64,000 bases of DNA. It comes from the human T2T-CHM13v2.0 reference genome, Homo sapiens. The stretch lies in NCBI RefSeq assembly GCF_009914755.1, contig NC_060931.1. One strand, given 5' to 3'. Below the pieces are notes generated by a model that did not search any database, was not told the origin of the DNA, and saw only the letters and a program-made list of their open reading frames with translations. Below are positions 29,871 to 42,250 of the stretch, in pieces. How positions within the stretch are numbered: the stretch's first letter is position 1; every line of letters starts with the position of its first letter. A program made the position numbers and the translations under genes.

Positions 29871-31464
29871 AAGGCCCAGCCACTGACCACGGGGAGAACG
29901 TCCTGCCATCCACAGTCCCTGGCCGAGAAGAAGGTATGACTGACAGGTAAGACTACCTAAGGTTCCAGGCACACCCTGGGGCGGGGAGGAGGCTGGGGAC
30001 AAGGACAGAGTGTGCAAAGACACGCCGGGCTCTGGGAGGTCAGCAGAGAGTCTGGACCCCAGATTTGAGGCAGCCAGGAACTGCCTGCCAGTCCCAGCTC
30101 ATATGGCCTGAGCTTGGCCAACCGCGGCGGGTCCCACTCGCAGATGGCCAGCTGCCTCCGTGCCCTGGGGCAGGGATGTCCTGTTCCTGCTCTTTAGAGC
30201 AACAGGGAGGCCCTCCCTAACAGACTCCTCAGTCATTTAGGTTGGGGGCAAAAGGGGCTGGCCGCAGCTTCGTGTAGGTGGAGCAGGGCTTGGTGGGAGG
30301 GTGGGGCTAGGTGGGCTTGCCCGGGGTCGAGGTGGTGGTCACCGTCTAGTCCCCACCCAGGACAGACACTCGGGGTCCCAGGGAGGGCTCTGCCTCCTGC
30401 CTGGCATGAAAGCGTCCTGCCCCCTGCCTGGCAGGAAAGCATCCTGCCCACCCGGTGCCATGGCCTGGGGAGTGCTTGGCTCTCAGGCCAGCTGCCCGCA
30501 GGACAAGCTGGGCCTGGGGCGGGGAACCAGCCTGTTCGCTTCCGAGTGGGGCTGACAAACCCCCAGCCTCTTCACAAAGGCTCCAAAAACAGAATGTCGT
30601 GGAGAACTGGACGCAGATCCACAGGGCCATAGAGAGCATTTCCGGCTTAGTCAAAGGAGTAACTTTCTAACAGTTTAAACGCGCGAGATGGGATGTGCAG
30701 GCTTGGGAGGCAGTGGACCAGATAAAACCATTGGCCAGAAGATACAGAAGGGCTCTAGGCTGCCCAGGCCCTTCAGTTAGAACATCCCCCCCGCCTCCCC
30801 CCGGCTCCCAGGGCAATGTCAGAGACCATCTGGATGGAGGATGGGGCTGGTCCTGGCTTCTCACAGCTTGGGAGGTGGGGCAGCTGGGCACCAGGTCAGC
30901 AAGCCACAGGTCCACCCACGGCCAGGGCCCAGGCTCCCCGCCTCCCCCCATAACCACCTAGGCATGGAGCACAGACCCTGCCTGGCCATCGGCCCCCCAA
31001 TCCCTGCTGGAAGACGTGCCCAGGCGGAGCAGGACCCCCGCATTACTGCTGCGCATCCAGCACCTGCAGCGGGGCCCAGCACGGCGGGCATTCCACATGG
31101 GCGAGGGCCAGACGAGTGAGCCACACCCCACCCTTTCCTCAACCATCCCCCATGAGGACGACATCAGAGTCATCCCCCAAGCCCAGGTCTGACTCTCTCT
31201 TTCCCCAACTTTGGCCTGGAGCCCGAGGCCTACCCCTCTGCTCTCCCTGCACGCTGGGTGCCCTGGAGCCGGTGAGCGTGAGCAAGTGAGATCCTGAGGC
31301 CAGAAACATCTCCCCAACCCAGCCAGACAAACTCTAATTCACCCGTGAGCCCCAGCTCCAGGCCACCTCCTCCAGGCAGCCTTCCTTGACTGCAGTGCGC
31401 CCCGGGGTATCTGGGAGACGCCTCTGCACAGTCTTTGAATCGGGCTGTACAAGTATCTGTCCTA

Positions 31465-31867
<403 letters not shown>

Positions 31868-34800
31868 CTACTTGGACCTGAGCAGCCTCCCTCTGCCCAA
31901 TGTCACTGCACACTCCCTGCATGCCCCAGCCCTGACTCGGGTGAGTGGACCGTGCAGACGGCGAGAGGCCACGCAGGCCAAGCCAGGATAGAGCAAACCC
32001 TGGCGGGGCCAGGTGGTCCCCGTGCGTTTGCAGCCTGGATGTGATGCCCAAATCTCTGGGCCAGGCACAGCTCTCCACTGCCGGCGGCTGGTGGGATTAG
32101 ATGTGACCAAGGCTGCTCCCGGGCCGGCTCTACTCTGTGGGGGGCAGGTGCGGCTCTGGGGGTCCTGTTGGGCCTGAGCACGTCCCGATAACCTGGCTGC
32201 TGCCCACTGCCCAAGCGCCAGAGCACACGGCCACCAATGAGAGCTGTGCTTCCCTGGTCCTGGGTTAAAAATATCCCCGTAAGTGACAAGACTTTGAGAA
32301 TTTCGTCTCTCCAGTCACTCACATGGGGGGCGAGGACAGCTCTTGGCTCCGCGTCTCGCCCGGCTGCATCTGATGCCTCCCTGGGCTGAAGCTGCATCTC
32401 ATGAAACAGACGAGAAGTCATTCACAGCCCGACAGCACAGGCACAGAAATTTGCTGTTTTATACCAAGTTGAGCGGCCTGTCATCTAGAAGCTTCTGTCC
32501 TGACCTCCTCAGCAAAGAGGAAGTCACGGAACCGGCTGCTGAGCCTCCTGACCTCGGCCTGGCCTCTCCTGGCAGCTGTGGGCCCCAGGATGAAAGCGGG
32601 CACCACGTCACTCACGAGACAGAAGCTGTCGTTCTCAGAGCCTCCCAGGTGAGTGGCCGGGCGCCTGCCTGAAGCTGGACGAGCCCACAGTGGCTGAGGC
32701 CGGTGGGGACCCAAGGGGCCAGTCCGGCCTTCCCGGACCACCAAGGAAGGTGGGCGCTGCTTCCCTCGCGGGGCAGATGGTCTTGGCCGTCACTCTGCTG
32801 TCCCCGTCCTGGCTGTGAGCTCAGCCTCAGTGTCCCCACCTGTGAAATGGGGAGACCCCCAATCCTTCTGGGCGGGTGCCTCGCTTCTGCCCTCGCATGA
32901 GTCTCCCCTTCCTGAGCTGGGATTCCATCTCTGCTGGGAATCAGGTGCTCCCTGGCTGAGAACCCGGTAGCCAGGCACAATCACGCCGTCACCACCCCAG
33001 CCCTCAGCCAGACCCTGCCTGCTCGCCGCGCTCGGCCGCCATCTTCCTGTGGACGCCACTTACCCTCCGGCGTCACCATCCGCTGCAAATTGCCTTGTTT
33101 TTCGTCTTTGGCAGGGCTGAAAATTTGATCATGAAAGGGAATTTTCTTTTTTTTTCTTAATTAGTACTTGGTAATATCACCAAGCTGTGAGTTTATGGCT
33201 TTGTAGATCTTGTGTGTTTGACACTAATTACTCACAAAGGCTTTTAAAGCTGCATTTCAACTCTGCAACTACCATGCCGGTAATTAAGCCAGAGGAAGCG
33301 GCGACAGATTTCACTTTTCACAGACACCCTTCCCACCTGTGCTCCCGCTCCGTGTGGCCGCAGCCCCCGTGGCCCTGTGGAAACCCAGCAGCTCCCTGCG
33401 GCTCCGGCCCTGGAGGCCTGAGGTGGCCTTGCCTCCAGGAGCCCGGCCTCAGCCGTCACAGCCGGGCTTGGCCCTGCACTTAGGATCCAAAGGGCAACTC
33501 TTGGCAGCTGGAAAGGTTCTCCCAGTCCACAGGCCGCCAGAATCCCTTCCGGCGCATGCCTGCCTGAGCTGCCACAATGCCGCGTGCTCACTGGCCCCCC
33601 AGGCCTGTCCCAGGCGAGCTGAGTAACTGCAGCCACCTGAGACCCGGCGAGGGACAGACAGCTATGCTTCTTCAGGTCCCCGAGGGAGGCCTTCGTCCTT
33701 CGTCCATCGCTGGGCCCATCATTTACTGAGTAGCTACTGCCTGCAGCTGCAGAGGCCTCCACCTCCCACTCCTCACCTGGGCCCCTGCAAGGCAGCCGAG
33801 GCCCAGGGCACGGTCAGGCTGTGTCCTGGAGGGGAGGGTGGGCAGGGCCTCTGAGTGCTGCACAGCTGCGTCCCACATGTCAGCTCCTCGCCCAGCTGGC
33901 CCTCCCTGTGGCTCAGCACACGGGCTGCCTTGCGGCTGGTTCCCGGATGGGGAGGGTACACTGCCTGGAGCTCAGGGGCTGGCTGGGGTGAGTCCGAGGC
34001 CGGGCTCCAGCACAGCCTTCAAGTGAGGCCCACAGTGGGGCTGCTGGTACTGAAATGGCATCCTGGCTTCCCAGTAGCACATTCCTTGAGTGTGTCAGTC
34101 CCTCTGGGGACCATCTGGAGGACGGGGGCTAGAGAGCAGCCCTGGTCATTCTCCACCAAGACCACACATGAGGCCCCGATGGCACAGTGCCGGGATCCTG
34201 TGTAATTAGGGTCTGGGTGCCCTCGTTGCCCTACTCCTCTGAAAGCGAGCCAGGTTCACCTTGAACCCTGCAGAATGATGCTCTTTCTGGCGTCTTTCTC
34301 TGTCTTCCTGGGCCTTACAGGTTCTTCGGCAGTAAATCAACTAAACGGTAACACTCTTCCCTCCATCTTCCACATTCAGGCAAAGCTGGCCCCGGGGAGC
34401 TCCTGCGCAGACGTCCCTCACGGCCAGGGAGGCCGCAATGAAGGCTGAACCTGGGGAAGGGGCCCAGGTGCGGTGTAGACCTCCTCTGTCATCCAGCCCC
34501 TCCTGAGGGGGCTTGATGGGCGTCCACAAGTGGGCAGCTTTTCCGCGCTTCCCCGTGTCTGACTGTGCTGAGGGCCTCCTGAAGTGCAATTGGTTAGTCA
34601 CGGTTTAGTGTTCTTTACTGCAATGCTATTTTAAGATGCAATTAAAACGTCTCATTGCCAAAGTGCGTGCTTCCTCCTGGGGGCCTCCTTCCTAACACGA
34701 AGGAGTCAGAAACCAAGGCCGGGAGGAGACCTGAGCTGAAGACTCACTTCTGGAGTGGGCACACTTTGTCCCAGCTCCGTCTTCCTGGAGCACCCAGGAG

Positions 34801-35230
34801 AGCCCGCTGCAAGAAGAAGCCCCACGGCAGGCCACGTGGAGGCGAATTCACCTCCTACCCAGACAGCGTGGGCAATGCTGAAACGAGCGTCAGCTCCGAA
34901 CGATTTTAGTGAGGTTCAAACCTCCCCTCGGCTGTCAGCCTCTGAATCTCTTCCACTTCAGCCACGGCCACTCCATGGCTAGGGGCGGGGAGGGGACACT
35001 CAGAAGTTTGGTTTCTTCTGAGGGGCCTGAGCACACACTCAGGATGTGAGTGGGGCCGGGAAGGGCAGCAAGTGGAGCCTATGCAGGAACACTTGTGCAA
35101 GGCTGCACGGTTTCACTACCACCAGAAGGCAACTAAAAATCCCCACAACTCCAGGTGTGTCCTGGCTGGTGTCACGGAGCCTCACACACGGCTGAACCGC
35201 TTAACTCACATCCAGCCACAGAACGGCCTG

Positions 35231-35304
35231 CCAGGGGCTCCCCGGGGACCTGACGAGGGTCAACACTTTCCCACGACCCTCTGCCATCCCCGGTGTGCCC
35301 TTGG
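35231..35304 (-). ncRNA. MIR4655: pre-miR-4655 hairpin, intronic and sense to MAD1L1
   Basis: Minus strand CCAAGGGCACACCGGGGATGGCAGAGGGTCGTGGGAAAGTGTTGACCCTCGTCAGGTCCCCGGGGAGCCCCTGG folds back (GAGGGTC/GACCCTC, CCGGGGA/TCCCCGG). It contains the recalled mature 5p CACCGGGGAUGGCAGAGGGUCG and 3p ACCCUCGUCAGGUCCCCGGGG. Confidence 0.9.
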
Positions 35305-36457
35305 GGAGAAGTGTGGTGGTCCCACAGGCCCCCCTGCCAAAACCTCATGCTTGAGGAAGCACTCCCAGTGGACAGGGAGCCCCAGCTGCTGCTGCTGGAC
35401 AGGTAGGGGCCCAGGGGCACAAGGGGCCACCTCCAGGCTGGGGGGAGACCTGGGGAGAGACGCCGGTTGGGTGCTCCACTGCAGACCCTGACACGCGAGG
35501 TGTGGGACATGGACGGCATTCGAGGTCCCACCCCGCTGAAGGAGCTTGACACGGAGCCCTGCAGGGGGCAGAGGCGGCCCAGGGAGAGGCGCAGGCAGGG
35601 GACGCAGCTTGGGACGGGCCTACAGCTGGCCCAGGAAGGTGCTCCCCGAGGCTGCCACGTGCCCAGCACCTCCCCTTGGTGACCATCCCCCCAAAGCTGG
35701 GGGGAGTCCAGGGCCCAGCACTCCTTTCTCCAGGCTTCCCCCAGGACATCCTGCTGTGGCTTGGCACAGGCCGGGCACTGACAGAGGGGACCCGTCTGGT
35801 TGCATCCGATCCTTCGATGCTCCTGCAGGGGTGGAGGGGCGCGTGGGTACAGTCAGCAGGGCTGTGGCCGTACCGTGCAAGCCACTCCAGCACCTGAGCG
35901 TGTCCTCCTCTGCGAGTGGGACAGGAAAGCCTGCCTCGCACAGCTGCTGCCAGGACGGAGACAGTATGCTGCTGGTCAGTGAGTGGGCACAGCCAGGGTC
36001 ACTGTCCCGCCATCAGAAGGAGGACAGGGGTGCGGGGAGGAGGGCCCTGAGCCCGAGGCTCCTGGACTCACAGTGGGCACAGGGTCTGTGCAGCCAAGGC
36101 CCCACCTGGCGGGCGCGGGAGGCAGGCCCTGACTGCAGCGGGGAGAGCAGAGCGAAGGGGTCTCCTCTTCCCTCCTAGCAATGCTGTGTGGCTGATACGC
36201 TGACCAGCTACTTGACACCTGGCACAGCCTGCTGGGCTCAGGGTGGGGAGACGCATGATTCCTATCTTGTCTGTAGCTTTCCTGAGGCTGACGCAGGGCC
36301 CAGCGCTCCGGAGGGAGACTTGATCACACACAGGCAGTGCACAGAATGTCAATGTGGGAGAGGCCGGCGGCTCTGACCTTGGTGTGTTACAGCCCTTGCC
36401 ACCTCCCTCCGCTGCCCTGCATGGGGACTCAAACCACAAACAGCAGCTCGGAAACAA

Positions 36458-36715
36458 GCAGACACGCGTCGGACTCTGATTCATGGGGAAGAGCGCTGTT
36501 TAGGAGATGGACGTGCTCCACGCAGACATGCGTCCGGCTCTGGTTCACGGGGAAGAGCGCTGTTTAGGAGACGGACGTGCTCCACGCAGACACGCGTCCC
36601 GTTCTGGTTCACGGGGAAGAGCGCTGTTTAGGAGATGGACACGCTCCACGCAGACACGCGTCGGGTTCCGGCTCACGGGGAGGAGCGCGCTGTTTAGGAG
36701 ACGGACACGCTCCAC
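36458..36715. repeat. CpG-rich minisatellite, 4 x 64 bp
   Basis: gcagacacgcgtcc...tggttcacggggaagagcgctgtttaggagacggacgtgctccac starting at 36458, 36522, 36586 and 36650. Confidence 0.95.
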
Positions 36716-38475
36716 ACCACCTCTGGCGTCCTCTCTGCCCTCAGGCTCTTGGGCATTCAGAGCCAGGAGCTGTTTCTGGGGAGGCAGAGATCCCTCCAAG
36801 CCCCAGGAAAGGCCTCCTGCTGCCTCGGGGACAAAGCTGTGTCAGGCTCTTCTCTCCACGCTCCCCAAGGGAGGGGAGGTGCTCAGAAACAGACCAAGAG
36901 ACTCAGTTGGTGCCAGGATGGTGCCCGTGACCAGGGAGATGTGCACATGCGTTCAGCGTCACTGGGGAAGGGACAGCCACACAGGCAGTCTCAGGCTGTA
37001 GCTGAAACCCCAGGCATTTCCCTAAAGCACCAGCGTCCAGAACTGAAGAAGGGACCAGCCCCATCCGGCCCCAGACCACAGTGGGGAACCTTCCAGGGCC
37101 AGTCTCCCCCTGCTGCCCTTCCCGCAGGGCCAGGGGCTGGTCAGCAGCACAGGCCGCCCCCGGCGCTGCAGTCCTGGACGTCCATGGCTGACAGCTCCTG
37201 GGCCTGGAACACTGCCCTTTCCTCCAGCTCTGCAAAGACACTTGAGGTTCCAGCCAGGACACGGGACATAAAGGGGGTCAGCCCTCACGGACAGTGTTTC
37301 CATAGAGGGTTCAGGAGGTTTATAAACACCAGCAGGATGGATGACACCACAGCCACCACAGGAGCCAGCATCCAAGAGACCCCGTGAGATGCCAAGGGTC
37401 ACTCGTGCCCGAGGTGCCCTCCGGAACCGGAGACTACAGATACCAGGGGATGCTTGGGCCGAGTGTGTCCAGCCACGAAGGTTACTGCCCGGCCCTGGGA
37501 GGTCACTGGGACCAGGAGCTGCCCCCACAAGGAATGGGCGGAAGGAAAGGGTGACCGAGTGCCCGGCCCCGTGCCCGTGGCTCAGGAAGACATGCTGTGT
37601 TTGCATTTCTGTTGTTCCCGGAGCGAGGGGATGAGAAGCCTGAGGCCGGCCCGTCCCTGCTCCAGACGCCCCCCGACCGCTCCCCCTCATAGGAGCCAAG
37701 GAGGAGGAAGTGCTTCATTCTTTGCAAAGAATACTCCGCCTGATGCAATTTGCGTGTGCAAGATGTGTGAAGTGCCTTTTCCATTTCATCAGCACCCGCA
37801 GCCTGTGTGAAGCTGCTGTTTCCTCTCTGCCAGCTCGTGGGGCTTGAATGGTATCACGGGAGGTTCTTCATCTTGCGGTGGGACGGTCGCCTCCTGCTGA
37901 TGGCTCCGCGTTTTCATTGACCACATTCATTACAAAGAGACATTTCAAAACATGTTCTGCAGCTGATTTGCTCCTTGGCCCCAAGAATGGAATACAGATA
38001 ATCTGCTCACAACCATCAGGTATCTTTCTGTGATTTCATTTTGGAAATGATGTTTTAAAGGCCTCTGACTTTCCCGTCTGTCCTGGGAACAAGGAGTTCC
38101 TCCCTGGTCCAGGGTGTTTGTTTGAAGGCCACACATCTTTTCCAACTGACGATTGTCCGTTTCTGTTTAGGAAGCACTGGTTTTCTTTCGGGACACAACC
38201 GAACGTGCCAGGACTGCAGGAGCTGCTGGATTACAGAGCAGCAAACCAGGCATGGCAGGCGGTGCTCGCGGAGGTACCACGGGGCGGACCAGGGTGTGCA
38301 GCGTTACGTGACTTGGGAAGATGTGGGGGGCCCGATGTATCTACCAGGAGACAGTGGAGACCTCTACCCTTTAGCTGTCCTCTGTCCCACACAACCCAGC
38401 CCCCACTGGGCGGCCACTGCAGGGGAAGCTCAGCTGGAAGGTTCCATGGGAGAGACCAGACCAGTCCTGGCACTG

Positions 38476-38635
38476 TCCAGCAGCTGCCTTCGGCCCATGT
38501 TCTGAAACCGGGATGCACACAGCATGGAGATCTCAGCCCTGGGCAGGCCTCGCCCCCTCCAGCAGCTGCCCTCGGCCCATCTCCCAAAGCCTGGACGCAT
38601 ACACTGGGGAGACCTCAGCTCTGGGCAGGCCTGGG
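38476..38635. repeat. Diverged 82-bp tandem duplication
   Basis: tccagcagctgcc(t/c)tcggcccat...ctcagc(c/t)ctgggcaggcct at 38476 and 38558. Confidence 0.8.
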
Positions 38636-39961
38636 TTCCCATCGCTTCAGCGTCCCTGGGCCCGGGACACGGAACACACTTGCTGCGTGCTGTGTACAAG
38701 AATGAACGAATCGGCCTGCCTAGCACCCCTTGGCCGGCTCCAGGCCTCCACTTGCTGTGTCAAGTGAGGCTCCCACGTGCTGAGGGGACAGAGGGTCCCT
38801 GTGACCTGCAATGCTCCCACTCTCACCCACGCAGCTGCTCACCTACACAGCCGGTTTCTCCAGGGCTAACAGGCCACCCAGATGCAAGCCAGTCTCAGCC
38901 CCTGACCACACTGGTTTTCAAATGAACTGTGGACTCTCATGACAGAGAAGCGGCTGGGAGTCCCAGCGTGGGATGTGGTGGGACGGGGCTGGGGTGTGCA
39001 GAGACGATGATGGAGGAGCTCCTGGGGGCACACAGACCTAGTGTCGCTCTCAGGGCTGGGTCCGCAGGCCACTCTCCCTCCCTCAACAACACTCACGCCT
39101 GCTGCAGCCCCAGGAAGGGTCAGGACTCACAGATGCCAACAAGCAAGCAGCCCGTGCCGGAAGCATCACCACCACCGGCCCCAGCAAAGGCTTCCTGGTG
39201 TGTGCGGCTGACCATCAGCCACTCGGGTAGACAGAAGTGTGGGTGGGCTGTGTGCATGCCAGGGCAGACGGACAGCCCGGGGTCTCAGGTCAATGGAAAC
39301 AGGAAGTTTCCGGCTCCATTTGAATACTGGTGGAAATGCCGGGCCCTCACGCTGAATAGGACACTCCATCCAAGCTTGCCACCTCCTCGGAGGCTTGGGC
39401 CAGTCACCGGGCCCGGCTGTGCTTTCACAGCTGCTTTTCTTATGGGAGAGCAAGATCTCCTGGGATTAAGGCCCTACCAGGAGTAGAAGACAAGGGTCAT
39501 GGGAAGGCTGTGTGAGCCCTCAAGGGGCACCATGGACCCCGAGCACCAGCGATTTGCGCTCCTGGTTCCGAGAGCCCAGGGCTGAATCCTGGCAGATGGG
39601 GAAGCTGAGCTCTGTCTGACCTGCTCTGGAAAACAACTGGTCCAGAGAAGGACGAAGATGTCACTTAATTCTGAGTTGCTGAGGATAAGCCAGGGGCCCT
39701 GGAGGTGACTGTGCTGCCCACAGCATCCCAAGGGATGCCACATCCCCACAGGGGCAGCCCAGGTCCCCCAGAGGATTGTGTGCCCCCCACCACCAAGGTC
39801 CTTGCCCACTGGTCTGTGCCTCAATAGGACAGCCTCCTTCTCACACTATTTTGAAATATAAAAATAACACTCATCACCCATCACCCAGTCACTCAGAATC
39901 ACACCAGCGGGGGCACAGAGGCGACGGCATGTAGTTCTCCAGCCTGTTTGTGAGCACGGGT

Positions 39962-40112
39962 GTACATGTACACACACACACACACAAATGCACATGCACG
40001 GACACATGCACACACACATACACGTGCACACATGCACACACACATACACGTGCACACACAGACATGCACACACACACGTACACACATGCACACACACACA
40101 CGTACGCACATG
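39962..40112. repeat. (CA)n-like simple repeat (a shorter one lies at about 19775-19820)
   Basis: Seen directly. Confidence 0.93.
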
Positions 40113-42115
40113 CGGGGTCAGGGAGCTGATGCTGTGCGAGGCTGTCGAGGGCTTCTTCACTCAGCGGCACTTGGGAAGCGCTGCTCTGTGGGAGGCCCCT
40201 CATCCATGTCCTCGTTATTGGCAGCACAAATCTCCAAGTGAGGAGGGGCCATGTTTACCAGCCGTCCTTCCAGCCCACGTCTCCTACGGTTCCTTATTTT
40301 CACAGGTACTGTTTTGCAGACACAGAGCCCCCAAGCAGCCCACACGTCTTAGCCGGGTGAAGCTTTGCTTTATGAAGTGCTGCCTGGACCCCTGATGGTC
40401 GGCCCTCCCCGTCGAGACAGTGGCAGGCAGGCGGGGGTGCTCAGGGCTGTCTGCAGGGGGCAGCCAGGACCTCACTGAGGTGGCCGACTGGGTCCACGCC
40501 CTCCTCAGCCTGCACTGCTGGACAGGCCCCAAGAAGTCGTGCTCGGCGTGGCCCAAGAACGGGAAGCGGCAGCGTCCTGGCGTCCTAGGTGAGACTTCAA
40601 GACGGCTCCCTGCTCCCACCTGGGCTAAAGGTGGAACCCCAGGTGTAAAGAGCCCCCTGGGGTACAGGGGAGGCTGGATCAGCAGACGCCGGCTCTGGGA
40701 GGGCCCTGAGGGGCTGTGGAGGGAAGGTGACCCCGCAGTGGCAGCGGCAGCGGCAGCGGAAGCAGGACGGCGCGGCGCCCGACACCTGAGGCCACTCTCC
40801 CTGGACGGGGGGCGGGCGGCACTGAGAGGCAGCCATAAAAACCGGAGTTTATTTAATAAAACAAGAGCCCACGCGGCAGCAGTTGCCTCCAAGATGAATG
40901 ACAAGCGCCGGAAGGGCGGCCACCTTCCTCCGAGGAAGAAACAGCCCCGCTTTGATTAGGAAAATATTGGTTAATTTTCCAGTGGAGTGAGTGACCTTAA
41001 GGGGAAAAATCTAATTTCCGGAACAGCTCTGTGAGGCGTTTGTTCTCACCACTCTCGTTCGCCTTAATCTGAGTGGTTGTGGATGAGCGGCGGCCGGGGC
41101 AGCGGCTTCCCCTGGACCTGGTGTTCGGTCCTGAACCCCTGGGCAGGCCTCCCCTTCTGGGGCAACAGGACGGAACCGACAGGCGCCCAGTCAGGTCCCG
41201 AGGGCCCCTCTGGACCCACGCCTCCAGGCAGCTCCCATCGCTAGACATCCTTTCCCACAAGAGTTCTATCTTACGAGGCGCCCACCCTGCCTCCTAGGAA
41301 CTCACCCCCTGCCACCTCTGGAGCCACCCAGCTGCCTGGGCCCAGCTCAGCCCCCTGGTACCATGAACAGAAGCTGCTGCTTTACACTGGCTGTGGGGCC
41401 CAGGCTTCCTCTAGTGGGTCCAGGTGGGGGTACCCCAAGTTCCTGCAGGGCTCCAGACGGTGGGTCAGGGCCTGGGCAGATGATCTCACTGCCCCGAGCC
41501 TGTGCTTGACTCCGGGGAGCTGCACAGGTGACTCGGCAGAGCCGGCCTGGGCCGGAGAAGGCACGGGGCTGGACCCAGGTCCGGGGACCCCCAAAGCCAT
41601 GGTTGCCCAAGTTCGCAGAGGGGAACAGGCACCCCAGGGCACAGGGCTAGCCCTGTGATCAGGCACCGCACTATCCACCCCTGCATACTGGCCCTGCCCA
41701 GCCACTGGTGACAGCAGTGATTGCGACAACAGCAAACACATGTTCACTGCAGGCCAGACCGTGCACAGAGCAGCCTCAGAACTAGGAGCTCCTCCCCTCC
41801 TGGGATGGGGAGTGGGGAGGGCACACCGAAACCTGCCTGACCCCGTGTGGGACCCCCATAGGAAGCAGCTTCCGGGCATCAGAGAGCAGGAAGAGACACG
41901 AGAAGGGCCTGGCGTCGCGTCCGTGGGTCGAGGACCACAAATGTGTTGCCCTAAGCTTCTGTGACCCTGCGTCCACCGTGGCAGCCCGGCTGGAGCCAAC
42001 AAGGTGGCAGGGAGGGCAGGAAGTAAGCCCACAGGCCACAAGCGTCTGTGCCAGAATCTACAGGCACTCATGTAGCCCTCCCAGCCCAACTGCTGACTGA
42101 TGGCGGCAACCCTGT

Positions 42116-42250
42116 GGGGTGACCCATGCCCAGACCAGAGCGGGCGGCAGGAGCCCGGCCTCGGCCGGCACAGGGTGGAAGGTGGGGGTGACCCACGCCC
42201 AGACCAGAGCCGGCAGCAAGAGCTTGGCCTCGGCTGGCACAGGGTTGGGG
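42116..42250. repeat. 69-bp tandem duplication
   Basis: ggggtgaccca(t/c)gcccagaccagagc...ggcctcggc(c/t)ggcacagggt at 42116 and 42185. Confidence 0.88.
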
